A stretch of 64,000 bases of DNA from the human T2T-CHM13v2.0 reference genome, Homo sapiens: the NCBI RefSeq assembly GCF_009914755.1, contig NC_060927.1. One strand, given 5' to 3'. A program made the translations under genes and the position numbers. Below are positions 12,951 through 26,907 of the stretch, in pieces (the first letter of the stretch is position 1; each line of letters begins with the position of its first letter). The notes beneath the pieces are model-generated. The model saw nothing but the letters and a program-made list of their open reading frames with translations. It was not told the origin of the DNA and searched no databases.

Positions 12951-14476
12951 ATGAGGATGGTGTTAGTTCCTTTCTCATCCTTTCTGTCCCTCTTTGAGCT
13001 TCTGTTTCCTCACCTATGAAGCCAGTAGAATCATCTCTTCCTGCTTCTTCATCGGGTTCCTGTGGGGTGCAATGAATGTGAAAATGTTTTGTAAAACAAG
13101 AAACCATTATGTAGATATAAGAGGTTATGACTATTAATGAATAAATATGGGTTTGGTGTCTGGAAGTAATTTTTACTTATTTCATTTGTAAACACTAGCA
13201 TTGCAGTTGGCTGAACCTTGTGTCAACCATCCATTCCAGGAGCCAGCTATCTGAGGTAAGAGAGGAGGCGTGTCTTCTTGTTTATGAAATACTAATAGGC
13301 ATCTGAGCCAGTAATGTTGATTTTAGAAGAAATACAAAGAATAGAAGAAATACAAAGTACTTTATGAGGAAAAGAACTGAAAAATGGCCAAGACAGTGAG
13401 CTGACCTCTCTTTTTATTTTTGTTTTTTTGATTTATTTTTTTCCCTTTTAATTCATAGCCCTTAAGGTTTAATACCAAAACCAAAAATCTGGGCCACACA
13501 GACGATTCAGATTTAATGTGTATGTATTTAAGTGTCCATAAAATGCAATGGAGTAGAATGTGCTTAACCATTATTTTATTGTATCCTCAACTAGTATGTG
13601 GCAGGAGGGCTTTTTACCTGGTTTCCTAACCCTTGATTGAGCGCATTTTTGACTACACTATACTGCCAGTGTTACCTGGCTCTGAAGGGGCCAAATATTT
13701 ATGGCTGGGTCAGTCACTCTCTCTTAGCTGCCAAACAAAATCATCTCAAAAAGCTAGAATCCAAAGCCACAACAGAAAAATCCTAAGAACACAGAAAATT
13801 GAGTTAGTCTTTTGAAACCTTGCATCCATTGTATCTGAATGCCACTCTCCTGGGGGACTGTTGGGAATGACACCAATCCTTGGCAGAAGAATACATTTGT
13901 CTTGAGTTTGCCAAGAAAATGGAGGCCAATGGAGAAAAAACATTTAAAGGAAGCATCATAGTTGTAAAATTTACCAGATGCGATTTTTCTCCTAAAGTCA
14001 ACCTGCTGAATCTGTACCTTCTAATGAGCTCTACTGTGTTTTATGTAATGTAACTTAACCAAAAAGAGGTGAAGTAGTCAATATGTAGAATAGTAACTTT
14101 GTAGAAGATTTGATATCATTATTTAGAGTACTATACACATGTATTCTGCTGAATATTTTGTTAATTCCTTTGGTATGTTATATCTATGACCTCGAACTGC
14201 AACCATGACTTCAGTTGCACAGACCTTTGAGAAGAATAAAATTGGTTGGTATTGCCCCAAATTTGTAGGACTTAGAAAATTTAGAATTGAGAGGAAATTA
14301 AGGTGTCAGGTTTACATGATTTTCAAAGCTAATATCATATATATATAATAAGAACACGTGCAGACAAGGTAGGTTATGTATGGACTATGAAATTTCTGTA
14401 ATTAAACCAGACATAACAGCCACTTAAGTTATTTAGATTTTCTTCTCATTCCTACAAAAAAAGAACATTGTTTTTA

Positions 14477-14838
14477 TTTTTATTATTATTTATTTATTTT
14501 TCAAGTGGAATATAAGCTAGTTTACCCAGGAAGTTTTTTATTTATTTATTTACTTATTATTTTACTTTAAGTTCTTGGATACATGTGCAGAACATGCAGG
14601 ATTTTTACGTAGGTATACATGTGCCATGGTGGTTGCTGCACCCTATCCACCCATCATCCAGGTTTTAAGCACCGCATGCATTAGGTATTTGTCCTTGCCT
14701 TGCCCTCCACCCATCAACGGGCCCCGATGTGTGATGTTCCCCTCCCTGTGTCCATGTGTTCTCGTTCAACTCCCACTTCTGAGTGAGAACATGCGGTGTT
14801 TGGAAGCCATCATTCTCAGCAAACTAACACAGAAAAAG
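14477..14838 (-). mobile_element. 5'-truncated L1PA (PA7/PA8-like) with 5' inversion and short 3' transduction
   Basis: Minus-strand L1 3' UTR at 14535-14803, plus-strand L1 segment at 14801-14838, perfect TSD AGAACATTGTTTTTA at 14462-14476 and 14839-14853. Confidence 0.85.
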
Positions 14839-15919
14839 AGAACATTGTTTTTAAAAAAGGTAGTAGCAAAAAATGTAAGAATGGCTCCTGTCCACCTTTT
14901 ATTTCTTTTCTAGTCCACAAAATAACCCTGCAAAAACTTATTTCTAATGTTTTATTTTTACGGATAAATATATCAGAAAAGAATGTACTGTAGATACCTA
15001 CTATCATAGTTTTTGACAGCTCTGTGAGGCAGAGATCTAACTTGTTCATTTAGAAACTGCAGTTATCACACTAACCTTCCCTCCGATGCCAATTGTTAAA
15101 TATTAATAGAATAAGCTTTGAAAAGTAATTAACTGTATCCCCTGTCCCCACAGAAACCCATCTTGAAACTATCAAGAGGAGTTTTAAGCAAGCCCTGAAA
15201 GGTTACAAAAATTACTCTCAAGAAAGAGGAATTTTCTCTCTTTCTCTTTTCGTTATATTTTGGAGGTGGGGAATGGTAGAGAGGGAATGATAGAAACCTC
15301 TCAAGTAACCTTTGGGAGGTGGAGAAGTAAATAGTCTGGGAGCATGCTGTAGAAATTTAAAATAATCCTGTGGCAATAATTGGTATCAGTGGCAGTAATG
15401 AAGAAAGAATAACAGTTTCAATAAATAATTAGACTTGACAGTAAATGTGTCAACAGGTACCCACTTAATGAGTGTAATCATTGTTTTTCTCTGCTCTCAA
15501 CGTTGATCCACTGACTGCGGTGTGTTCTCTGTCCCATTTCCAAACCAAATCTATTTAAAGCTGCACTCCACGGAATCTGCAACAGTATACCCTGTTTACT
15601 ATTTAGAGCTGATACCTAATGTTCTTTAATAGGCAAGATCTGTACTTGAACGAGAACAGGCTTCTGGCCTCTTGTAGACGGTTGATTATCCCTGTTTTCC
15701 ACAGGGTGATTCATTAGCAAGGATGAATAATACCCAATTAAATCTCATGGACTTGTCTATATTGCCAGAGTGAATTGTTTATTATAATTTGGTGGAAACA
15801 GTCCTAGTCTGCTTTAAATAAAATTAATCAGTTACCGTTTTTTGAAGTGGAGGTAGAGGCAGTAGTTATAAGTGAAATTACCTCTGTAATAACCTGAATA
15901 GAATCACATTGTTTTTGGG

Positions 15920-16100
15920 AGCAAAGCAGTATGTTGTATGTTATGTGCACCAGAAGCCATGAGAATCCTTTTCTAATCCCAGCTGTAATGTCACCTGGCT
16001 GTGTCACCTAGGCAAGTCACCTTCCCTCTATGAGGTCTGTTTCATCATCTAATGACAAAGTTGGACCAGTTGATCATGGCATTACTTCCGGTTAAATGTT
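15920..16100 (+). mobile_element. MIR
   Basis: ggctgtgtcacctaggcaagtcaccttccctcta..gtttcatcatcta. Confidence 0.6.
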
Positions 16101-17663
16101 CTCTTATATATGATTTTATTTCCTAGCTAGTCCCTTCTCTCTCCTGGTGCCATGTTTCCAAAATCATAGGACAGTCCTATGACTCTACTGCACAGCCACT
16201 GTGGAAAATTAGTTATTTTTCTGCTTAGCTTTTGCTTCTTTTACATACCAGACATGCAGTTAATGACTTTTATTATATATACTGTAAGAATGGGCATTTA
16301 TACACCGGTAGCGGTAGTCCCTTACCCCAGCAACTTGCAATTCCTTGTTAGGAAAGAAAAGCTGTTTTCCTCCACATTTCTTTACTCTGTGACATTGTTC
16401 CCTGATCTGGGTCTTATGAGAGGATCTGGTAAACTTCCCCCCTATTAAGACCGTTAGGAAGAGGTGGATGCTTCTTCCATTATTTGATTTTTCCAGAGCA
16501 AATCACTGGATCTGTAAAGGAGATCAGAATGTCAAAGCCAGAGGGGACTTCACGAAGTAATCTAAACAAATTATTTCATGTCACAGATGGAGATTTTAGT
16601 GTCTGGGAGGGAATCTGATTTGTCTAAAGTGTTTTTGACTGATCTTGGACTAGAATTCTTCTGACTACATAGTTGTATCTTTAAGTAGAGAAATCTTTTT
16701 CTATAAACTATCCTTTCACTTCCTAGTTCTTAAAAGGCCATTATCTTCCAGGCAAAACCAATTTCATTTTCAGCATGGGGATGTGAGATGTCCTTAAACA
16801 TAAATGGACTCCAGGTATCTTCATTAATTTCATGAAGACATGGCACAGAGGGTTCCGGCTACCTTCTGCTTTCCGTGTTTATTAAAAGACTGTGGATTCC
16901 CTTGCAGTTCTTCCTGTAAGAGGTTGTTTGACGCTGACATCATCACTCTCCTCCACCCGCCTCCTGCCCTTTTCTGAATCAGTGAATTATAGGAATCTGA
17001 GAATGAGCTCCTGTTTCCTGCACATTGTTGGGGAACATTAAAAAAAAGAAGACAGATGAGGGATTTATAAGCAAGAGGACAGAAGAATAATAGCCAACAC
17101 AATGAAGTCTAGTTCAAGGCCTGCGATTCCCAATTGCTGGGCTACACAGCATTAATAGCAGTGTCTCTCACCCTTTCAGACCCTTCTCTCTTATTTCAGA
17201 CCCTTCTGCCTTATTCTTGTGGGGATGGGCTGGGACTGAGAAACAGCTAGTATAATCATTGCCAAAATGAAACTCACATGTACATGGGGGCTTCCAGGTC
17301 TGGAGAAGAGTGTAGTAATTGTTACCCATCCGATAGAAGGTGCTTAGAGACCACTGGACCTAAGCACTTACCTGGAACCTCACAGTACAGAGGTTCAAAG
17401 AGTAGAAATCAGTTGACTGAGTCTGAGGTTCAAATCCTGGCTCTAATTAATTTGCTATGAGTTTAGTGAATGCCTAACTTTCCTCTGAGCTGCACTTTCT
17501 CCATCTGTGAGATGGGAGGAGGAGGGTGGCATAGATGATGTCAAAGGAACCCTCTGATTTTCATGAGTCTCAGATTTGCCCAAGGACCTGCAGCGAATGT
17601 GCAGCCAAGCCAGATCTTGAATTCAGAGCCCCTTTTTCTGGTTTGAGATGGTCATCATTATAA

Positions 17664-18099
<436 letters not shown>

Positions 18100-19674
18100 T
18101 AAAGTAGTAGTTCTTAATATACGTGTGTGTATGTGCGTGCACACGTGCATACACATGATCCTGTGTTTGGGGCAGATGTGAGGATTATGGAATTTTCAGA
18201 AACTCAGATGAATTTATGAAATAGTTGGAAAATGCAGAACTCCAGAAAATGCTATCAACAAGTTTAGGAGGTTTGTAGATGCTCTGAAGGCCATCCATGA
18301 GTTAAGCAAAAGTTTTCATTCTATGTGGGAAGTATGAGATGACATTTGAGTGGCATACATTTCCTTTTGCTGTTGGATTTTCCCCGTAGTCACCTATTGT
18401 TATACTCTGAGTGTTAGGCTCGTTTTGTAGCATGACTTTTGGCATGTATGTATCTCAAACTATTGAGTGATATTTTAATATTGAAACTCTTATTCTACTT
18501 CATTCATTCACTCATGCATTCAAATTCAATTTTAATTCAGAATTTGCTAAATGCTAGACATCTCAATACATTATTGTATATAATCCTATAAAATAGAAAA
18601 TTGCTAGGTGCTCAGAGAGGTTGAGTAATTTGCCCAAAGTTTTACAGCTAATAAATATAAAATCTGGATTTAAATCCGGATTTACTCCAAAATATGTGAA
18701 TACCTCCAGAGATAACATTGAAGACAAATAGAGACAATGATGCAAGTTCATAAACCATGGAAATTTCTGGTAGAAAATGGTAGATGGGCCCCAGAGGAAT
18801 ACAGAGAATGTGTACTATGGGATTTTAGGAAGGGACAAGATCATACATTATGAATTACTTCATATCATAATTCGTTAACTACGTGTTTATCTGGCTCCTT
18901 AAGAAAGAATAAAAAAAGCTAGATAATCATATGAAACACATTATGCATAACTCAGTTTTTTTCTTGTTCTTCAAACTTCTGTCAGGTTAGTGCTCTCAAT
19001 ATCTTCATTTGGTAAGTGAGATGAGGAGATGAAGAGTAGTTAGGGTCATAGTGCCCTGATCATACTGAGTTTTCACCTAAATAGGAATTTCAGTGCTTTG
19101 GGTCATCTATTTTGTTCCCCTCCTCCCGGCCTACCCCCCCATTATATTGAGCTTGAGACTTTTAACAGAGATAACTTCTGACCATGCACAGATCAGCACA
19201 AATGCAGATGTGAGCAGCTAGAATTTGGATGCTGCCAAATTGTGATGACTGCCACATGTGTGAAGCTAAAGCTTAGCACCTGATGACCCACTGTGAGTGT
19301 GTGGGGGGGCCAGAAGAGTGAAAGGCAGGTCAGAGATGGAAGACGCCTCGGAGTTTGTCAATGGCAGTACCTTCACCTTGCAGATGCAGAAATGGAGGTG
19401 GTTAGAAGGGGTAAGACTTACTAAAATTCACACAGCAGGTTAATGGCTCTCTGAGAATAATGGCAAAACAAGAACAAGGCTTTATACCAGCAATCTACAG
19501 TAGTATCTACTTTTATTTCCTACCTTTCCGTTGGCATATACTCACACTGATAGGCTTGACAGGCAGATAAACCTGTATTTGAAGGTCAGCAGGATTAGTT
19601 GTGTGGCCTTGGATAAGTTACTTGATTTACTTGGGTCTCAGGTTTGTTGTCTGTAATAGAAACCATACCCTTTT

Positions 19675-20131
<457 letters not shown>

Positions 20132-20147
20132 TGACAGTTGTAAGTCT

Positions 20148-20311
20148 CTTGCTTCTCAAAGTTTGGTCTGAGGACCGGAAGCATGAGCATTACATGGGAG
20201 CTTGTTAGAAATGCAAATCTCAGATCATACTCTAGAACTTCTGAATGAGAATCTCTACTTTAACAAGAGCCCCAGGTAGTTCATATGCTCATTAGTGTTT
20301 GAGAAACATTC
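20148..20311. mobile_element. MER5A-family hAT MITE
   Basis: cttctcaaagtttggtc..gggagcttgttagaaatgcaaatctcag..tttaacaaga.ccccagg..tttgagaa. Confidence 0.8.
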
Positions 20312-23300
20312 ACTTCGGCCCTCGCCCTATTTCAAGGCTATTGCTGTGGTGTGCTGACAATGCCTGGCATGCTGCCAGCATTCTTGGGGCATGCTGTACC
20401 ATGCCTTGAGATAGCGGGGTCCGGGGGGCGGGGATGCTGTGAAGTCACTCCTTGGGAATAATGGAAGACTGGGTTGAAGGGATCCAGCAGGCTTTATCTT
20501 TTTAACACCCTTCATTTCCTTAGAAGTTACTATTCAGAAGGGGTCAAACTGGGATTGGATTCTAAGTCTTTCTGATCCAAAGTCCATGTTCTTTTCATTA
20601 AACCACGATGTCTCAGTCAAGAGGAATGCTGGGTTGTGGGTGATAACTGTTCATTCCCTGTAGTGTGAATATTTCCACACTGGCTGCTTTACCCTATTAC
20701 GCAATTCCTAGAGGGGAAGAATTTTTTTAAAAAAATTTAAAAAGCCTGAGTTGAAAGCCAGGATCCTGCAGCTTAATCAGTTATTTTTGCTTTTTAATGA
20801 GGGTGACTATTGTGAAATAAGTAATTATTAATTACTCAAAACTAATGAAATATTTTAGTTTCCTTGCTCAAAAAGCATATGGATGCTAAAAGAAAGCATA
20901 TGGGTGCTTTCTGGGAAGCATATTGGTGAATGGACAAATTACAGTGGTGCCAATATGCCTTTGCTGTCTGGCTGGGGCCATCAAAACGTGTGCTGGCATC
21001 TGAGTCCTCGTGTGTTTAAAGGGATTTTTTAAAATTCCCATTTGATAAGTGCCTGGGGTTGCCTCTGGAGTTACACAGCGCTGTCTCATCAATCTTTCTG
21101 CCATGCTTTCACTCAGACATTACTGGCTGAGTATAAACTCGGTATAAACCTTTGCTGTAAGTAGCTTCTGTGGCTCTTTCTTTCCAGATGCCTCCTATCC
21201 TCTGCAATAGGTTCAGTGGGCCTGCCCCATGGATGGCACGTATGGAGACTTTGTCTATACAACATTTTACCACAGTGGTAAAAGCAGTAGCCGAAAAGGT
21301 GGCAGCACTGAGACCTGTTTGCTCCATCAGGGACTCTGTCTGAGGCCCTCGGCCAGCTGTTGAATTGCTGCACTGCAAATTTCTTACTTGTAAAACTGGA
21401 ATGATAATACCAGTGCTCCTGAGCTCACAAGCATGCTGTTCATCCAATTTGCAGTCCATGCCCTTTGCTCTTCCTCTCCTTTCCTTCATGCCTCTTCTCC
21501 TTTGCTGCATGTTCAGCTGGTCTAGTAAAAAGCTTGATGGATTTGGAGGTGGCTGAAACCATTTTGCTTGCTCTGGGGATTGCACACTTCTGAGCTTGTC
21601 AGAGGCAGGCAACATGGCATGTTTTAGAAGATACTTGGCTGAGTGTCCACGAACTGTGGCTCTCAGACCAACGTGACTTAGTAATCATTTACTCAACACC
21701 TACAAGCAAGGTAGCTTGCTAAGAAATTGAAGGAGGGAGCTGGCGGGTCTGTGGAGGTGAGTTTGATTCAGGGCCAGTCAAGACTTGGTGTGATGTGTGA
21801 GCTCAGTAATTATACTTTGAGAGAGACAGAATTTGGAGAACTCTTTCCTATTGGAGGTTTCTTATAGAACTAGGGACAAGAGCTGGCTTTGAAAGATTAT
21901 TAATTGGACTTTGATAAGATATTACAAGGATTTGAAGAGTAAGTCTCTGTCAGGCAAAAACCAGCTTGCAGTGGGACTCGGAAGCAGGCAAATATCAGGC
22001 ATGGCTGAAGAACTGGGCATCAATCACAGACATGTGTAGCTGAGAGAAATCACTTCCTTTTGGTGAACCCTAGACTCTATCTGCAAAATATGAGCTTTGA
22101 ACAAGATAGTTCTCAGGAAGCCTCAAGAACTCTAGCTGAAATTCTACAAAGTCTCTTATCACACAGCCAGGTTATCCACTTAGCAAAATCCTGGCACTAG
22201 AATAGCAGCAATGGAGCAAGGCCTGGGACCCAGGTGTCCTGCCTCTATTTTATATTCTTCTTACTGTCCACAGAGCATTATGATGAAGATAGGTGGGGTG
22301 GACATTATTATTCTAGTTTTTAATGTATGAAACATAGGATGTTAAGGGAATCTAAGACATAAAACGAATAAGAGATTTAACTATCCCAGATATTGATCAC
22401 CCTTCCACCACAGAGGGCCAGCTCTTATAAAATACACCCCTTGCCATTTTGCCTGTGTGGGCCTTGCTTTCCTGCCTGAGGAACCAGCACGTACCCCTTC
22501 TCCCACGAAAGTCATCCCTGTCTGCTCTTTGGCTCTGGAATTCAGTCTTAGCAATGGACTTTGTTTTATAATTAAACTTTATTTTGTATTGCCATCTTTC
22601 CATGTTTCCACCCCCATCTCATCCCTCATACATATTTTAAAGGCTTTGAATTTAAGGATTACTTTCTGCTTCTCTGAGTTCCCTGTAGCTCCTGGCACAG
22701 GGCCCCAGACATAGTGCTCAGTAGAGAAGCAAATGACTATGTTCTGCAATAGTTTTTCTCTCTGCCTATTGCTTGTTTCTGAGATGGATATGAGACTTAT
22801 AGGCTTAAAGAATTTCGGAACTGGAAAGGAAGTTAAAACCTATCTAGTCCAGCTCCCCCACCCCAGGGAAGAAATGACTTACTTAAATTTGCCTGCATAG
22901 TTAGTGGCAGTTCTGCAAATCGTGCCCACATCTCACCAAGCATTGGAGAGATGGTTGGCACTTGAGTCTCTTCTTAGGACTCTACAGGCTCTGTCTGGAG
23001 TCCTTGTTTCTATGAAGACCACTAAGAATAAAGGTAATACAGGTGCTGCTGCTGCTGTATTAAACAGATGGAAAGAAATAGACATTCATTGTATGTCTGT
23101 TATGTGACAGGCCTTGTGACAGGTGTTTTCACATAGTTTAGCTTGGTCAGTCATCAAAAGCTAGAATTCCCATTCCTCCATGAGGGAGACAGATTGTTTC
23201 TAAATAGGACATTTAGCAGAAGCTCTTTCCTGTAAGCTCTGAAAGGCACTCGGTAGTGGATAGATGCTTCCCTCCTAGAACACGGGTGTAGGGCTCTGCA

Positions 23301-23824
23301 GAGTAGCATGCATGGCTCTTCTAAGGGATATGGATTGTAGAGACTGTGAAAATAAGCAGAAGTTGTGATCAAAATTGGCGTTGGGGGACTTGTGGTCACC
23401 CGAGTGTACCAGAAGACTGAGCTCTTCTACTCTCCTTTCCACACATACATCTGAGTCTTTGGAGAGCTGCAACCTGAGTGCCTCGTTCTTGAGTGTCTGT
23501 AGCATTGGCTTTTACTTGCACTTACTACATTTTACTCCTGCCTCTTCCCTAGCTAGCCTCGACCTCAACGTGTATTATTTCCTCCCCCCTTGTCATTTTT
23601 CTTCTATTACTTTTGCTTCTTCCCCTTCCTCCTTCTCCTGACTTAACCTTGGGTGGCCGCAGGTCTTAAGGCTCTGTGATGGCAGAGTCTTCTGTATTGG
23701 ACTGTGAAGATTCTGGCAGGGAAGACAATACACAAATCTGTTAAATACACAATAAAAATAGCTTATGATCTATGGGACTTGGTATTAAGCAAGATGATAT
23801 TAACGAGGTTTGATTGCTGTTCTG

Positions 23825-23995
23825 AAATGTGGCAGCTGCGCACACGTATTGGCTGCTTTTTCTCCCCACCTTTGGCAGCTTGTGAGCGGTGTTGCCATGA
23901 CACTCCTTGGGCTCTGTTTAGATCAGCTATTTTCTGAAGGAGTCGCTGACCTTCCCCACGATAGAAGCTGTTGATGTGGTCACGTCAGTGCCTCT
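23825..23995. promoter_or_regulatory. Candidate enhancer / alternative promoter motif cluster
   Basis: E-box CAGCTG 23833, MRE-like TGCGCAC 23837, HRE-like TACGTG (minus) 23843, inverted CCAAT 23848, RFX-like GTTGCCATGACAC 23891, CRE-like TGACGTGA (minus) 23980. Motif evidence only. Confidence 0.35.
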
Positions 23996-25859
23996 TCGGG
24001 AGCTGTGTGACTGGTGAGCCCTCAGTTGCCACTTGGAAACGGTTGGAAACTGTAGATCAGGCACAGACATTGAATGTTTAGGAGCAAGAAGGGCTTGTGA
24101 ATATCCCGTACTCTCATTTGATGTGTGAGGACAGTGAGGCGCATTATGCGGAGGTAACTTGCTCAAGGCCACAGAGTGCATAGAGAGAAGGCTGGGAGAG
24201 GAGGTCAGGTCTTGTTTCCCTGCTTGTTGATGTTCCAGCTGCACGGCACTGAGCCCTGCCTGAGTGCGCACTTCAGTCCTGAAAGCTGCAGAGGGATGGG
24301 CTGGTGACACTGCCGTGCCTAGGAGTGGGCAGAGAAGGTGAAGACACGGAGAGTAACTCAGTGCAGAGGCAGCGACGGGAAAGTGAAGGAGAGTAAGAAG
24401 CCCAGAGTAAATGGCCAAGGTGCCACTAACATGTCCATCCACAGAAACTTTTCTGGGGGAGAATGTTTCTTATCAGATTCCGCAGATGGGTTCCTTGAGA
24501 AGTGAGTGCTTAAAGGGGCTGGGATAGATAATCATAATGCCATGTTCTCACTGCTCTGAACCCTTTTCTGACCTCACGTAAGACCTCACCTAAAACTTCC
24601 ACAAGAGCCGTTCATTGTCAGTACCATGCTTTTTTTGGAGTACTGTATAATGTCAAGTATTTTTCCAATAGTTTATATGTGAAATGTGGTCTCTGCCACA
24701 AGATTACGGGGTCCTCGGGAGCAGAAATTGTGACTTAAATGGGCCTTTCTCCCTTCCACTTTTTATTCTTGCCCTACCTTTTAATCAGGCACCTGGAAGA
24801 GATCTAAACACAGGATGAGCATCCAGTAAGTTTTTGTTGAGTTGAACTTAGTTGGATTCGGATGACCTCTAAAAAATGTTTACTAATTGCTGGTGAAAAT
24901 TGGCAAATGATTATTTTGTGGAAAAATGTTCTCACCGAATTAGATTTTGTTAAGAATTCTTATGTGTGATTATTTTTCATAAACCCAATACACTGTCTAT
25001 TATTATCCTTATTTTACAATGAAGAAAAAAAATTCAATTGACTGCTCAAATTTACCTCTAGGAACAGGTGATGGAGATTTGATTTGCATTTAGATCTTTT
25101 GTCTCCAAATATTGTAATGTTACTTCTGCTTTCCCCCACTACATACCGAAGAGGTCTTACTTCATTGACAGTGGTTCAGCCTTCTGCTGAGGAGTCTTCA
25201 GTCTTTTTATGTTGTAATCTGCCTCCTTATGAGTTTGGGAAAAGAATTATGGGGCCTCAGGTTTAAATGCTGTTATGCTTTGGGTAACACTTTAGCTGAT
25301 TTGTTTTCAGTAAAGCCAGAAGGAAAATACTGCATTTCTGTCTTCTTTAATTTCCTTAATTTGAAATAAGCCTTGAACTAGTTTGTAAGACTCCTTTAAC
25401 TTTTAACAAATTTAGGCACATATGTAATATAAAGAAAAAGGCACTCTGCCCTAAATGAATTGACTAATTAAGCTGAGAACAAAACTAGACCACTTTTTTT
25501 TTTTTGGTTTCAAAAAAAGGATGCAGGAATTTTTAAATGCTACAGCTAAAACCCAGATTTTGTCTGATATTGATGTTCTGTAGGTTTTCTCAATATTTGC
25601 CATATTCATTAGATGACATTCATTATACTTTCCTAACTTTTATAGGATTTAGATGAGGTTTGTTGATAACATTCTATATTCTTTCTGAAAAGAAAAACAC
25701 ACACACACAAATGTCGAGCAGTCTTCTTTTTTTAATGTATATTCTCAGGAAAAACACCATTGACTAATTTAAATTTCAGTACGGAGGCAAAGCTGATCTG
25801 TAGTGAATGTAACATCTTGTTAAATACAGGTTTCATGCTTCTTTTTTGTACCTTTCCAG

Positions 25860-25922
25860 GCTTTTAAGGAGGAGAATAATTTGAATAATAATGGCATAAT
25901 GTCCAGAGGGAAAGTTGAATAC
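25860..25922 (+). other. Candidate 63-nt cassette exon (AFKEENNLNNNGIMSRGKVEY in phase 0)
   Basis: Acceptor cttcttttttgtacctttccAG, donor TAC|GTAAGA, length a multiple of 3, only one stop-free frame, TGCATG at 25935. Confidence 0.4.
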
Positions 25923-26332
25923 GTAAGACAGAGATGCATGTGGGCCTATTTCTGTACTTTGTGTGCGTGTCTCTGTGTGGTGGCTTTATGGTTTTTAAAA
26001 TAAAGTTTTCTGTATTTTCAATGTATATAATAACTTTGGAATCACCAAAGAAAAGTTGATATTGAGACTTGGGTTTTTAGTGGGGAGGAATGGATGTTTT
26101 TTTTCTTTTACAGTTTTAGTCAAAGTGAAACTTTAGAAAATTATATTATTTGAAGTTAGATGGAAACCAAACACTATCTTTATAGTTTCTTTCAGAAGAA
26201 ACTTTGTCTTAGGAATCTGGGCACTCTTGTAAACTTTCTAAATTTCTTCAGCCCTCGTTGATACCCACACTTTGCTTAATTCAGTTGAATCAGTTTACAG
26301 TGAATAACGTCCCTGGGAACATTAATCAATGA

Positions 26333-26387
26333 ACACACACACGCGCGTGCGCGCACACACACACACAGACACACACACACACACACA
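26333..26387. repeat. (CA)n with embedded CG/TG block
   Basis: acacacacacgcgcgtgcgcgcacacac... Confidence 0.95.
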
Positions 26388-26522
26388 GGGAGGACAAAAA
26401 GGAAATAAAAGCATCACTTTGTACCTTCCTCAATTCAAACCTGTCTGCTTTCTTCAGAATTTCGGATGTATGTGTCTGTTTCTTCCAGTAGATTGGGAGC
26501 ACCCTGAAGACAGAAGAGACAT

Positions 26523-26907
<385 letters not shown>

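Noticed and set aside
13324-13357. Short tandem duplications (also 17174-17213, 20872-20908, 42798-42838)
   Set aside because: Ordinary slippage duplications with no sign of function.
20416-20433. G-rich GGGGTCCGGGGGGCGGGG (G4 or SP1 site)
   Set aside because: Only three separate G-runs and no CpG-island context.
21109-21615. 168-aa minus-strand ORF
   Set aside because: Non-ATG start, overlaps MIR-like sequence, no recognisable domain.
23927-24442. 171-aa minus-strand ORF
   Set aside because: Non-ATG start, largely MIR-like, no recognisable domain.
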